Under the pieces are notes generated by a model that had not been told where the DNA came from, ran no database searches, and saw only the letters and a list, made by a program, of their open reading frames with translations. This document shows positions 1 through 9,618 of a stretch of 64,000 bases of DNA, piece after piece (within the stretch, counting starts at the first letter, position 1; every line of letters starts with the position of its first letter). A program made the position numbers and the translations under genes. Source of the stretch: a bacterium (GTDB lineage Bacteria > SM23-31); assembly GCA_965249485.1 (NCBI GenBank), contig OZ252239.1:2368001-2432000 (forward strand). Direction: 5' to 3'.

Positions 1-1
1 T

Positions 2-1456
2 TTATTTTTTGTTACCATAAACATTATTGGTATTAAAGCCACAAGCCGTATCCAGATTGTCCTGGTCGGAGCAATAATTGCCGCGTTGTTGTTGTATGTC
101 GTGAAGGGCATTCCAGCTGTCGAAGTCACTCATTTTGAGCCATTTGCACCGTATGGTGTTTCATCAATCATCTTTACTGCAGGATTTGTATTTGTATCGT
201 ACGGTGGTCTTCTAAAAGTTGCAAGTCTTGCTGAGGAAATAAAAGATCCCGGACGGGTGCTTCCGATCGGAATGATACTCTCTTTTGTTCTGGTTAGTCT
301 GATTTATATTCTTGTTATATTTGTCACGGTTGGCGTTCTCGATGCCGAATCGCTTGCTCAATCGCTGACACCTCTCCCGGATGCAGCGGCAGTCTTTATG
401 AGCACTGGTGGTAAGATTTTATTGGCAGTTGTTGCGATCTTTGCGTTCTCCTCAGCAGTGAATGCCGGCATCCTCGGAGCTTCACGTTATCCGCTTGCCC
501 TCAGCAGAGATGAGCTTGTTCCCGGAATTTTCGGCAGAATTCATCCCCGTTTTCACACTCCACACATTGCGGTATATTTAACAGGTATATTTATAATAAT
601 TGCCCTGTTTCTTGATATTAGTATAATTATTAAAGCGGCCTCCAGTATATTATTATTAACCTACTTGTTTGCTTGTTTGGCAAATATCATATTGAGAGAA
701 AGTAGAATTCAAAACTACCGTCCGGCATTTAGCGCACCGCTTTATCCGTGGCTTCAGATAATCGGCATTATCGGATATGGAGTGCTATTGGTAATGATCG
801 GCAAAGAAGGGCTTCTTGCCAGTTTATTTTTAATTATTGGCGGGTTATTTGTGTACTGGTTTTATGGAAGGATAAAATCAACTCGTGAATTTGCTTTGCT
901 CCATCTGATTGAACGCATCACTGCGAAGGAACTTACCACTCATTCTCTTGAGTCTGAGCTCAAGGATATAGTGAGAGAGCGGGATGAGATAGAAAAAGAC
1001 AGGTTTGACCATCTTATTGAAGAGTGCACGATTCTTGATTTTGACACAAAAATCTCCGTTGAAGATTTCTTCGAAAAAGCAGCCGAGAGTATGTCAGGAC
1101 GGCTCCACATATCTCAAAAAATGTTGATTGAATTATTTGTTGAGCGGGAAAAAGAGAGCACAACTGTGCTCGATCCCGATCTTGCAATTCCTCACATAAT
1201 TATTGAGGGCAGTCACGAGTTTGATATATTGCTGACACGCAATAAAGAGGGAATATATTTTTCCGAGGAAAGTCCCCGGGTTCACACAGTATTTGTTCTT
1301 GTCGGCACAAAGGATGAACGGCCATTTCATCTTCGGGCATTGGCAGCAATCGCCCAGATAGTGCAGGATCCCCACTTTGAGGATAAATGGATGCATGCGA
1401 AATCAAAAGAAGAACTGCGCGATCTAGTTCTGTTGAGTAAGAGAAGAAGAGAGTAA
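2..1456 (+). CDS. APC-family amino acid permease with C-terminal PTS EIIA (Ntr/Fru-like) domain; 5'-truncated by window edge
   Basis: Frame is open from position 2. Multiple TM helices with APC motifs (FVSYGG..ASLAEEIKDP, ASRYPLALSRD). Soluble C-terminus has EREK.STT..LAIPH and HLRALAAIAQ, typical of PTS EIIA_2. Confidence 0.9.
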   Translation, partial: LFFVTINIIGIKATSRIQIVLVGAIIAALLLYVVKGIPAVEVTHFEPFAPYGVSSIIFTAGFVFVSYGGLLKVASLAEEIKDPGRVLPIGMILSFVLVSLIYILVIFVTVGVLDAESLAQSLTPLPDAAAVFMSTGGKILLAVVAIFAFSSAVNAGILGASRYPLALSRDELVPGIFGRIHPRFHTPHIAVYLTGIFIIIALFLDISIIIKAASSILLLTYLFACLANIILRESRIQNYRPAFSAPLYPWLQIIGIIGYGVLLVMIGKEGLLASLFLIIGGLFVYWFYGRIKSTREFALLHLIERITAKELTTHSLESELKDIVRERDEIEKDRFDHLIEECTILDFDTKISVEDFFEKAAESMSGRLHISQKMLIELFVEREKESTTVLDPDLAIPHIIIEGSHEFDILLTRNKEGIYFSEESPRVHTVFVLVGTKDERPFHLRALAAIAQIVQDPHFEDKWMHAKSKEELRDLVLLSKRRRE

Positions 1457-1742
1457 TGAAAGTTGAATTTCTCTGCGAATTATGTTACATATAGTGTTAT
1501 AATTTTCGAGATTCATAGAGAAGTAACTCGATTACTTGATTCTTTCTTGTTTAATACTATAATTTATATTCTTTAACAATAAAAAATAGTAAAAATTTCC
1601 TAAAAAGTAAACCAAAGATGGACTCAATTATCTCGACAGATCACAGGAATCCGGATAGGATATTATTAAATAGACCGAAGTATTGAAATATTTGCCAAAG
1701 CAAACAGACTGTTTAATCAACATATATAAAGGAGTCCGGGTA

Positions 1743-3086
1743 ATGAATTATTTGTCTGGAGTTAGGAGAATTATTGCACTATTAGTTATCCTGATTGTTA
1801 GTGATGGTTTCGCTCAGGAACATGGGGTGGGAAATGTACAGGATATTTACAACATTGTACCAAGAAGAGAACGGAGAGAAATAAAGCGTGAAATTCTTGA
1901 ATGGAGAATGGAGCATATGCTTCCAACAATGATGGAAGAAACCGGTATCGATATGTGGATTATTATCGATCAGGAGGATAATCTCGATCCGGTTTCCTGG
2001 ACCCTTGTTGGTGGAATGCCGGGACAGTCGGCTGCTCGGTTTCTTGTTCTCTATAACAAGGGTAACAATCACGGTGTAGAACGAATACGGGGTGGATTCG
2101 AGAGGATTCATCAGATTGTTGAAGAACGAAATCCGGAAACAATCGGGATTAATGTATCGCAGACCTGGCGCCACGCCGACGGTTTGTCCGTATCCAACAA
2201 AGATAGACTCGAGGAAGCTCTCGGAAACTATGCGTCACGGCTTGTTTCTGCGGAAAATCTCGTTGTCGAATGGAGATTAACGCGAAGTACCCAGGAGTTG
2301 ACTCTCTTCAGATATGTCAGCGGTATTACCCACGACCTTGTTGCTGAAGCGTTCTCGAATAAAGTCATTGTACCGGATGTAACAACAACCAATGATGTTG
2401 CATGGGCAATTAGACAAAAAATCACTGATATTGGTGTCTATGACGGTTTTTTCCCTACGATTACGCTCCAGAGAAGTGATGAAGATATTTCCAAATATGA
2501 TGATCCTGCCGACTATTTCAGAATTGATATTCCGCCGAGAAACCTGCTTGAGTCTGTGATTAGGAGAGGTGACATCATCAGTGCTGATTGGGGGATTACA
2601 TATCTCGGTTTATTTACTGATGTCCAGCAGGTGAGCTATGTCCTCCGTAAGGGTGAAGATGATGTTCCTGAAGGGTTAAAAGAAGCTCTGCGAAGAGGAA
2701 ATCGGTTGCAAGATATTCTTGCCGGTGAATTCAGAACGGACAGAACCGGAAACGAAATCCTCTTTGCAACACTGGAAAAGGCAAATGTGGAAAATCTCCG
2801 TCCTGAAGTCTACAGCCATCCTGTCGGCTATCATGGTCATGAGGCAGGCCCGTCGATTGGACGTGAAGGAGCATTTGATGACGACGGCAATCAATTGCCA
2901 ACCCGTGGCGGTGACTATCCAATGCGTTACAATTTAGTCCACTCTATGGAATTAGACATTACATATGCTCTGCCGGAATGGAACGGCAAGGCTGTCCGTA
3001 TTGTACTTGAAGAAGAAGCTGCCTATACCAAAGAAGGGATAAACTGGCTTGACGGCCGTCAGACTCAATGGTACATCATTCATTGA
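1743..3086 (+). CDS. Secreted M24 (Xaa-Pro aminopeptidase-like) metallopeptidase
   Basis: ATG 1743 follows an AAGGAG SD; signal peptide GFA|Q. Pita-bread metal ligands present: ADWG..FTD, SHPVGYHGH, SME, LEE. Confidence 0.85.
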   Translation: MNYLSGVRRIIALLVILIVSDGFAQEHGVGNVQDIYNIVPRRERREIKREILEWRMEHMLPTMMEETGIDMWIIIDQEDNLDPVSWTLVGGMPGQSAARFLVLYNKGNNHGVERIRGGFERIHQIVEERNPETIGINVSQTWRHADGLSVSNKDRLEEALGNYASRLVSAENLVVEWRLTRSTQELTLFRYVSGITHDLVAEAFSNKVIVPDVTTTNDVAWAIRQKITDIGVYDGFFPTITLQRSDEDISKYDDPADYFRIDIPPRNLLESVIRRGDIISADWGITYLGLFTDVQQVSYVLRKGEDDVPEGLKEALRRGNRLQDILAGEFRTDRTGNEILFATLEKANVENLRPEVYSHPVGYHGHEAGPSIGREGAFDDDGNQLPTRGGDYPMRYNLVHSMELDITYALPEWNGKAVRIVLEEEAAYTKEGINWLDGRQTQWYIIH

Positions 3087-3139
3087 GTCAAATGATAGTT
3101 CTGAATAATTCTCAATAGTAGTTGGCCTAGAAGAAACAA

Positions 3140-3173
3140 ATAAAGCACGGGTTATTCTAAATCCGTGCTTTAT
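3140..3173. terminator. Probable bidirectional intrinsic terminator
   Basis: Perfect 11-bp stem ATAAAGCACGG/CCGTGCTTTAT between convergent genes. Confidence 0.75.
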
Positions 3174-3233
3174 CCAATAGGCAGTAATGTGAAAAATAGA
3201 AAGTGAACAAATTGTAGAAGCTACATCCTAATC

Positions 3234-4271
3234 TTAGAGTAACTTTCCTTTCATCCAGCCGGCCGTATTATAAAAATTAGCGACCGCGCTTCCGGGTGGA
3301 ACGAGATCGTCACAGGCATCCCTTAATTCATCGCTGAGTGTCATATTCAGTACCGGGATCAGGCCTTCCAGGTGTTCCAAACTACCTGGGCCGATCAAAG
3401 TGGCGGTTACTCCCGGCTGTTCCTTGACCCATAGAACTCCCAGCTGGGCAGGTGTCATGCCGGCCTCAACGGCTAATTTCGCGAATTTATTCCCTACTTC
3501 AATACCTTTCTCGGTTACACGGTCTGCATAGAACGAACCTCGTGCAGCTGCCCGTGAACCCGCTGGATAAGAGCCCTTGCTCTCATAAATACCGAGCAAA
3601 ACACCGTGCGCGAGAGGAGCCCAGGCGAGTATTCCAAGACCTGCCTCCTGCGCCAATGGTATCATTTCGTTTTCAATGCGGCGGTCGAGTAAATTGTAAG
3701 GGGACTCTTCATTCACAAACCGAGCATAATTTCTCATTTCACTCAGCATAATTGCCTCCATGATCTTATATGGAGGAAATGTTGAACAGCCCACATATCG
3801 TACCTTACCTTGGTTAACAAGTTGAGTCAATGCGCCCAAGGTTTCTTCAATGTGGTATTGCGGATAGTAGCGGTGTATCTGGAAAATATCGATATAGTCT
3901 GTCTGAAGATCCTGCAGAGATAGATCACATGCCCTGATAATGTTCAGGCGGGAGTTGCCTTGTACATTCGGAGGCAGTTCAGGAACAAATTCGTCCAGGG
4001 ATACGCCCTTTTTACGTGGTGCATGATCAACCTTTGTTGATATTATTACCTCGTGACGTCGCTTGCCTTCTTTAAGTGTTCTGCCGATTATTTTTTCGCT
4101 CTCACCCTGAGCATATAAATTTCCGGTATCTATGAGATTGATACCTGCATCAATGGCTCGATTCATTATTTTTGATGCTACATCTGGCGGCGTACCATCA
4201 CCGAAATTATCCGACCCAAGCGCAACAGGAGCAACCTGCACACCAGTTCGCCCTAGAAATCTGTATTCCAT
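3234..4271 (-). CDS. Aldo/keto reductase
   Basis: YRFLGRTG, IDTGNLY, ISTK, LQTDYIDIFQIH, GKVRYVGCS and WAPLAHGVL motifs. Confidence 0.95.
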   Translation of the reverse strand: MEYRFLGRTGVQVAPVALGSDNFGDGTPPDVASKIMNRAIDAGINLIDTGNLYAQGESEKIIGRTLKEGKRRHEVIISTKVDHAPRKKGVSLDEFVPELPPNVQGNSRLNIIRACDLSLQDLQTDYIDIFQIHRYYPQYHIEETLGALTQLVNQGKVRYVGCSTFPPYKIMEAIMLSEMRNYARFVNEESPYNLLDRRIENEMIPLAQEAGLGILAWAPLAHGVLLGIYESKGSYPAGSRAAARGSFYADRVTEKGIEVGNKFAKLAVEAGMTPAQLGVLWVKEQPGVTATLIGPGSLEHLEGLIPVLNMTLSDELRDACDDLVPPGSAVANFYNTAGWMKGKLL

Positions 4272-4411
4272 CTATGATCTCCGATAAAGTATTTCATATT
4301 AACGATATAAAAAGTATATTTAAAGTGTTGCTTTAGAAAATTCGAATATGAACACTCACAAAAATACTATTAATAAATATACCTGAAATTTTATTTTACA
4401 ACAAGTAGAAT

Positions 4412-4819
4412 TTATTGCTTAGAAGGTTTATAAATTGCCGCAGCTATAATACCATATATAATGATCTGTATCGTTTCATATATCCACCACTGAATTGCAA
4501 GAGAGTAGGGGATTGGGAGTACGGAATATAATCCGTATGCTTTTGGTATGCTAACAAATAATCCCATCCACAATCCATACTTAACACCTTCGCTTATACC
4601 TTTTCCTTCATATCCTTTTGTAAAGATAAAGACAAATAGGAGTGAGAAAACTAAACTTGATAATAATCGTGCACTAGTTTTCATTTCAGCCATAGGTCTC
4701 CAGATATGGTCAGTTGCTATATAGGTATCCATCAAGATCAGACTGTGCACAATATATTCTGTAAGGCCAATCGTAGCAAATACTGCAATACTTGCGAGTA
4801 GCCACCGTTTTGTATTCAT
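4412..4819 (-). CDS. Small 4-TM membrane protein (DUF1761-like)
   Basis: Four hydrophobic segments, EGVKYGLWMG motif, GAGG SD. Confidence 0.7.
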   Translation of the reverse strand: MNTKRWLLASIAVFATIGLTEYIVHSLILMDTYIATDHIWRPMAEMKTSARLLSSLVFSLLFVFIFTKGYEGKGISEGVKYGLWMGLFVSIPKAYGLYSVLPIPYSLAIQWWIYETIQIIIYGIIAAAIYKPSKQ

Positions 4820-4923
4820 GTTTCACCTCTCAAATTATTTTTCAATTACATCGATTTTCAACCAATCAGGAAGAATGCCTTGAATTTTATAAGAGAAAAT
4901 CTATAATAACGATTATACTAATA

Positions 4924-6615
4924 CTATTGAAGAATATCTGTGTACCCAATACCGTATATTGCAATCATACCCAGAATACCGACAACCGTTAAATAATAGA
5001 TTGTCGGTAAAAAAGTCTTCCGAAGCGTTGCGCCTTCCTGACCAAGCAAACCGACCGTTGCAGAGGCGGCTACGACGTTATGGATAGCGATCATGTTACC
5101 AGCTGCAGCACCGACCGACTGTAATGCCACTACAATTGATCCCGAAATCGTAAGTTTATCGGCCACACTATGCTGAAATTGGCTGAACATCATGTTACTG
5201 ACGGTGTTGCTACCGGCAATGAATGCACCGAGTGCGCCGATTGACGGGGCAAAAAACGGCCATATAGCTCCGACATTGCCTGCGACCCATGCAGCCATTG
5301 CAACAGGCATACTGTCGAGACCGATATTGTTAACGCCCGAATTAATAAATATTCTGACCATTGGTACGGTAAAAATAAGGACAAATCCCGCTCCCAAAAT
5401 CACGTTGCTCGACTCTTTGACTGCGGCTTTGAATTCTGCGCTCTTCATCCGGTGCAGAAAAAAGGTCAATCCAACAGTAAAAAGGAGCATTGTCCCCGGC
5501 AGGTAGAGCGGTTGGGTAGCTGCGGTTATGTTAGTGCTGAACAGATCCGGAATTCGGATTATTAGCAACTTAAGCGTATTACCGACGGGTAACTGGGGCA
5601 GCCGGCTGATAACAAGAAATGCAGCAACCAGAACGTATGGTGCCCATGCAAGCCATGTGGGCATATTTTTATCGGTGATATTTTCCTTCTTCATCTCAAT
5701 TTTGCCGATCCATTCGGGTTTCCACTCTTTTGAAGGTGCAAAATCCCACTCATCTTTGGGTATGAGAAATCCTTTTCGTGCAGCAAATGTAACAATAGCG
5801 AGTCCAATAAGGCCGCCAAGCAGTGAAGGAAATTCCGGACCGAGATAAACTCCGATTATGACATAGGGAATGGTAAATGCAAATCCGCCGAACAGTGCAA
5901 ACGGTATAATTGAGAGGCCTTCTGTCCACGATTTTTTCTGCCCGAAGAAACGGGTGGTCATCATCACCATAAGGCAGGGGATAATTGTACCTGTAATTCC
6001 ATGAAAAATTGCGGATTCAGCAGCTATAAGATGAAGATATTCTGTGAAATTGGTGCCGGTTGCTGCCAGCCGGGACAACAATTCGGGATCATCAAGACCG
6101 GTCCGTACTCCGACAAGTATCGGTGTACCAATAGCCCCAAATGTTACTGGGGTACTCTGGATCATCATACCGATCATGACTGCGGCCATCGCTGGAAATC
6201 CGAGAGCAACCATCAACGGTGCGGCAATCGCTGCCGGAGTCCCAAAGCCTGATGCACCCTCAATGAACGAACCGAAAAGCCAGCCAATTATGACTATCTG
6301 TACTCGCCGGTCTCTACTTATTTTTGTAAAAGCAGAACGGATTGCAGCTATTGCTCCTGAGTGTTTTAAGGTGTTCAGGAGCAAAATTGCCCCAAAAATA
6401 ATATAGAGAAGGTCAAACGAAATAAATAATCCCTGAATCGTTGATGCAATAACCCGGCTGAAGGAAACTCCCCAGGCAGTCATAGCGATAATAGCAGCGA
6501 GCATATATACGATCGGCATAGCGCGCCGGGCAGGCCAGCGGAAACCGACGAGAAGAAGTGCCCCAATAAAGATCGGTAGAACCGCTAAAAGCACCTGAAT
6601 GTTGTGATTATCCAA
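4924..6615 (-). CDS. lctP: L-lactate permease family transporter
   Basis: FIEGASGFGTPAA, PVTFGAIGTP, GSNTVSNMMF and GAAAGNMI motifs; TTG start after GGAGG. Confidence 0.92.
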   Translation of the reverse strand: MDNHNIQVLLAVLPIFIGALLLVGFRWPARRAMPIVYMLAAIIAMTAWGVSFSRVIASTIQGLFISFDLLYIIFGAILLLNTLKHSGAIAAIRSAFTKISRDRRVQIVIIGWLFGSFIEGASGFGTPAAIAAPLMVALGFPAMAAVMIGMMIQSTPVTFGAIGTPILVGVRTGLDDPELLSRLAATGTNFTEYLHLIAAESAIFHGITGTIIPCLMVMMTTRFFGQKKSWTEGLSIIPFALFGGFAFTIPYVIIGVYLGPEFPSLLGGLIGLAIVTFAARKGFLIPKDEWDFAPSKEWKPEWIGKIEMKKENITDKNMPTWLAWAPYVLVAAFLVISRLPQLPVGNTLKLLIIRIPDLFSTNITAATQPLYLPGTMLLFTVGLTFFLHRMKSAEFKAAVKESSNVILGAGFVLIFTVPMVRIFINSGVNNIGLDSMPVAMAAWVAGNVGAIWPFFAPSIGALGAFIAGSNTVSNMMFSQFQHSVADKLTISGSIVVALQSVGAAAGNMIAIHNVVAASATVGLLGQEGATLRKTFLPTIYYLTVVGILGMIAIYGIGYTDILQ

Positions 6616-6644
6616 ATGTCCTCCATATACTTTATTGTGTAATT

Positions 6645-8360
6645 CTAATTATTTAGTTCAACTTCTTCGAATAATTCTCTTCGTGCTAATTTTGGTGGAG
6701 TGCCGCCGAGAAGGAGCAGTTTTGTGAAAAATTCCTTTTGATTAAATGCTGTGCCTTTCATTTCTTTGTAATCATTCACAAGCTTTTCAATTTCTAATTT
6801 TCCGATATAGTAGCTTAGCTCTCGTGTCGCCCGTTTGGCAACGACTGTCGCTTCAAATATTGCACCTTCACGGGGAAGTCCAGCATCCAGAAAGAAATCG
6901 ACCACATCCTGAAAATCCATCCTGCCGGTATGGTAGCTGACATCAACGACAATCCGTGCGGTGCGCCAGAATCTGTTTTGATAATGAGCAAGAAGATACC
7001 GTGATTTATCCTGCATATATCCCATGTCATACATCAGGTCTTCCGCATAAACACCCCATCCTTCACCAAAAGGTTCATTTTCGGCATTTCTACGAAGCGG
7101 CCGGTTATTAAACTGTTGCATAAATGCCTGAAAGTGGTGTCCTGGATATACTTCATGCGGGATCTGTTGTGCAATAGCCCAACCTCTGCTCCAATCCAAC
7201 ATGAGGCCTGCCTTCTTATCCCATGTATCAAACTGTTGTGTAGTAGGAAGATCATAATACCCGATATATTTATCACCGATAAATACTGAAGGGCCGATGC
7301 CAAATCCCATCCGGTACAGGTTCCGGTAGTGACCTGCTTCGGTATATCGGTATTCTTCTTCCAGCCCGGGTGGAACATTAACAATTTTGTCATAGACTAA
7401 AGCTTTTGCTCTGTCTGCTTCCTTTTGGAGCCATGAGTGGAGTTCCCAAGGTGGTGGGAAGTCAAGTGAGTGTTCTTGGTGTATTTCCAGCCAGCTCTTA
7501 TCAGGATTGATACTACGTGCGGTTTCAATCAGGTGTTGGCGAGTTTCTTCATGCACTCTTGTGCCAAGTTCGAGCAATTCTTCTATCGTATAGTCCAGAA
7601 ATTTATTTTTCAAAAGTCGTTCATAATTATCTACTGATACACGTGGCAAAGAAGGTGATGCCCGTTTCCGTAAATCTGTGTCCAAATAGGTCCTGAATGC
7701 CGACAAATGTCCATTAAAATCGTTTGCTGCAGCAAGCAATCCTTCTTTTAAATCGGACGATTGTGCAAAGTCGGCAACCTTTGGCAGCCAAGAAGTCAAA
7801 TACTGTTCAATTCGGTCACAATAGCCAATGGACTGCTCTACCCATAATATAGGTGGATTTTTCAGATTTTCTTTGGCCCACTGAAAATTCATTTCGACAT
7901 CATTGAATCCTGCTGTCATGGCTGCTATCCGGTCATCCCATGGTTTAGTCTGATCAAGTGAAGGCCGGTAAAACGAACCAAATGGCAAATACATTGAAGG
8001 ATCATTCTCCCACCACCTCAGAACAGCAAGATTAAGAACAGTATTATCCAATTGTGCCTGAAAATATTCATAATCAACCTGGTCTGCAGTATTTAATTCG
8101 TCGTAATTTATGGTGGTTGTCAATTCATTGAGATATGATTGCGCACGGTTGATTTGTGATTTAAATGCATCACTGCTCATTCCCCAGATATAATCATCTT
8201 CTTCATCAGACGGTTCATAATAGTGAGTAATCAGCGCTTCGAGGTCAGGATTCATTACGGAAGTACTTTCATCGGGCACTTGCGGTGTGCTGCAGAGAAC
8301 AAAGAATGTAATTATAACTGTACCACTACATACGTATAGCAAATTATTGGCCGGCTTCAT
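6645..8360 (-). CDS. DUF885 family putative metallopeptidase (secreted/lipoprotein)
   Basis: HEVYPGHH, EGWGVYAE, RIVVDVSYH and SYYIGKLEI motifs. Start placed at ATG 8360 after GAGGAGG; N-terminal hydrophobic stretch ends in Cys. Confidence 0.85.
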   Translation of the reverse strand: MKPANNLLYVCSGTVIITFFVLCSTPQVPDESTSVMNPDLEALITHYYEPSDEEDDYIWGMSSDAFKSQINRAQSYLNELTTTINYDELNTADQVDYEYFQAQLDNTVLNLAVLRWWENDPSMYLPFGSFYRPSLDQTKPWDDRIAAMTAGFNDVEMNFQWAKENLKNPPILWVEQSIGYCDRIEQYLTSWLPKVADFAQSSDLKEGLLAAANDFNGHLSAFRTYLDTDLRKRASPSLPRVSVDNYERLLKNKFLDYTIEELLELGTRVHEETRQHLIETARSINPDKSWLEIHQEHSLDFPPPWELHSWLQKEADRAKALVYDKIVNVPPGLEEEYRYTEAGHYRNLYRMGFGIGPSVFIGDKYIGYYDLPTTQQFDTWDKKAGLMLDWSRGWAIAQQIPHEVYPGHHFQAFMQQFNNRPLRRNAENEPFGEGWGVYAEDLMYDMGYMQDKSRYLLAHYQNRFWRTARIVVDVSYHTGRMDFQDVVDFFLDAGLPREGAIFEATVVAKRATRELSYYIGKLEIEKLVNDYKEMKGTAFNQKEFFTKLLLLGGTPPKLARRELFEEVELNN

Positions 8361-8465
8361 CCGATATATCCTCCTCATAATGAGTAAAAGTATTGCGAAA
8401 CTCTCAATTCAAAAAACCATTTAAGATTAACATATTTCTTGTGGGTATATAATACAGATATAAAT

Positions 8466-9440
8466 TCAACCTCTGGGAACAATAATAAAATCGTCATGAA
8501 TATCATGACGCATGTTATTGCCCATTGCATTACAGGCATCTCTGAGCTCCATAAGATGTCCGGTATTTAGCTGCAGTGCATGTTCATCTGGCTGGTATAT
8601 ACTCCCAATAGGGAATAAAACTCCCGGTTCACGTGTCATTTCAATGTGATTTCCAAGCACATAGGAAACCTCATGGTTTTCAGCAAAATCGGCAAGCCTG
8701 TTGACACTTCTTTGGTATTCAGGCCAAAATCGTATATACAGATTTCCCGGATAGAGTGTATCTCCAGTCATAAGGAAGCGAGTTTTATGATCATAGATTG
8801 CTATATGGTCACGCGTGTGACCTGGAACAGCAATAATAGTTAGCATTCTATTACCCAGATCAATTTCAGTTGTTTCTGTCGGCCACTCCTTAAATCCAAA
8901 AAACATTTGAACGCCTTTTAAACCTGTTGGAACAATAGATGTATTTGGACGATTACGAAATAGAGTATCTCCCTGGATGTGGTCTGCATGGCCATGCGTA
9001 TGCGCAATAATGAGGTCAAAAGGTTCAGACTTTGTTGGAGGGAGTAGCGATTCAACCAATGTCCTCAAGTAATCTTCTGGGTTTTTCCGGGGCATGTCTC
9101 CCGTGTCGAGAAGAATTGCCTGCTGCTCACCGATAAAAAGATACAAAAACGGCGCTTCCCATGAGAAACATTTATTTTGTCTGAGTATGTATGTATCTAA
9201 ATTGTATTGAAATACTTGATAGGGAGAGTCATAGTTTTCCATGCAATCAGGTGAACCGTGAATCCATGTATCGGGAAATGGACTTGTTTGTTTGGTAATA
9301 TTATGAGTTTTAGGTTTTTGGGAATTAAAATTGAATAGTAAAGATGAAAACGCAACTACAGAAGTGTTTTGTGTCAGGCGTTTTAGAAAATTTCTTCTTG
9401 ATGTAACGTTGAACCGCTCAAAAGAAGAGATGTTGTTCAT
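8466..9440 (-). CDS. MBL-fold metallo-hydrolase with Tat signal
   Basis: SRRNFLK twin-arginine motif; HGHADH, PGHT, GD and GNH metal ligands. Confidence 0.9.
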   Translation of the reverse strand: MNNISSFERFNVTSRRNFLKRLTQNTSVVAFSSLLFNFNSQKPKTHNITKQTSPFPDTWIHGSPDCMENYDSPYQVFQYNLDTYILRQNKCFSWEAPFLYLFIGEQQAILLDTGDMPRKNPEDYLRTLVESLLPPTKSEPFDLIIAHTHGHADHIQGDTLFRNRPNTSIVPTGLKGVQMFFGFKEWPTETTEIDLGNRMLTIIAVPGHTRDHIAIYDHKTRFLMTGDTLYPGNLYIRFWPEYQRSVNRLADFAENHEVSYVLGNHIEMTREPGVLFPIGSIYQPDEHALQLNTGHLMELRDACNAMGNNMRHDIHDDFIIVPRG

Positions 9441-9618
9441 AAACTATTAGTCGTTAATTCAGGAAAGTTGCCGGCAATCACCGGGATGGTTTGAGGTGGT
9501 TCCGAATCAGATTTAATGTATGTATTAACCCAGATATTGTCAATATTAATTTTAGTTCACCTGGGTCCTTGGCAGAATGCATTGGTACAAGTTTTTTATA
9601 GCGATATGAATATGAAAA

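Noticed and set aside
9490..9512. GGTTCCGAATC resembling a tRNA T-loop
   Set aside because: No cloverleaf or acceptor stem.
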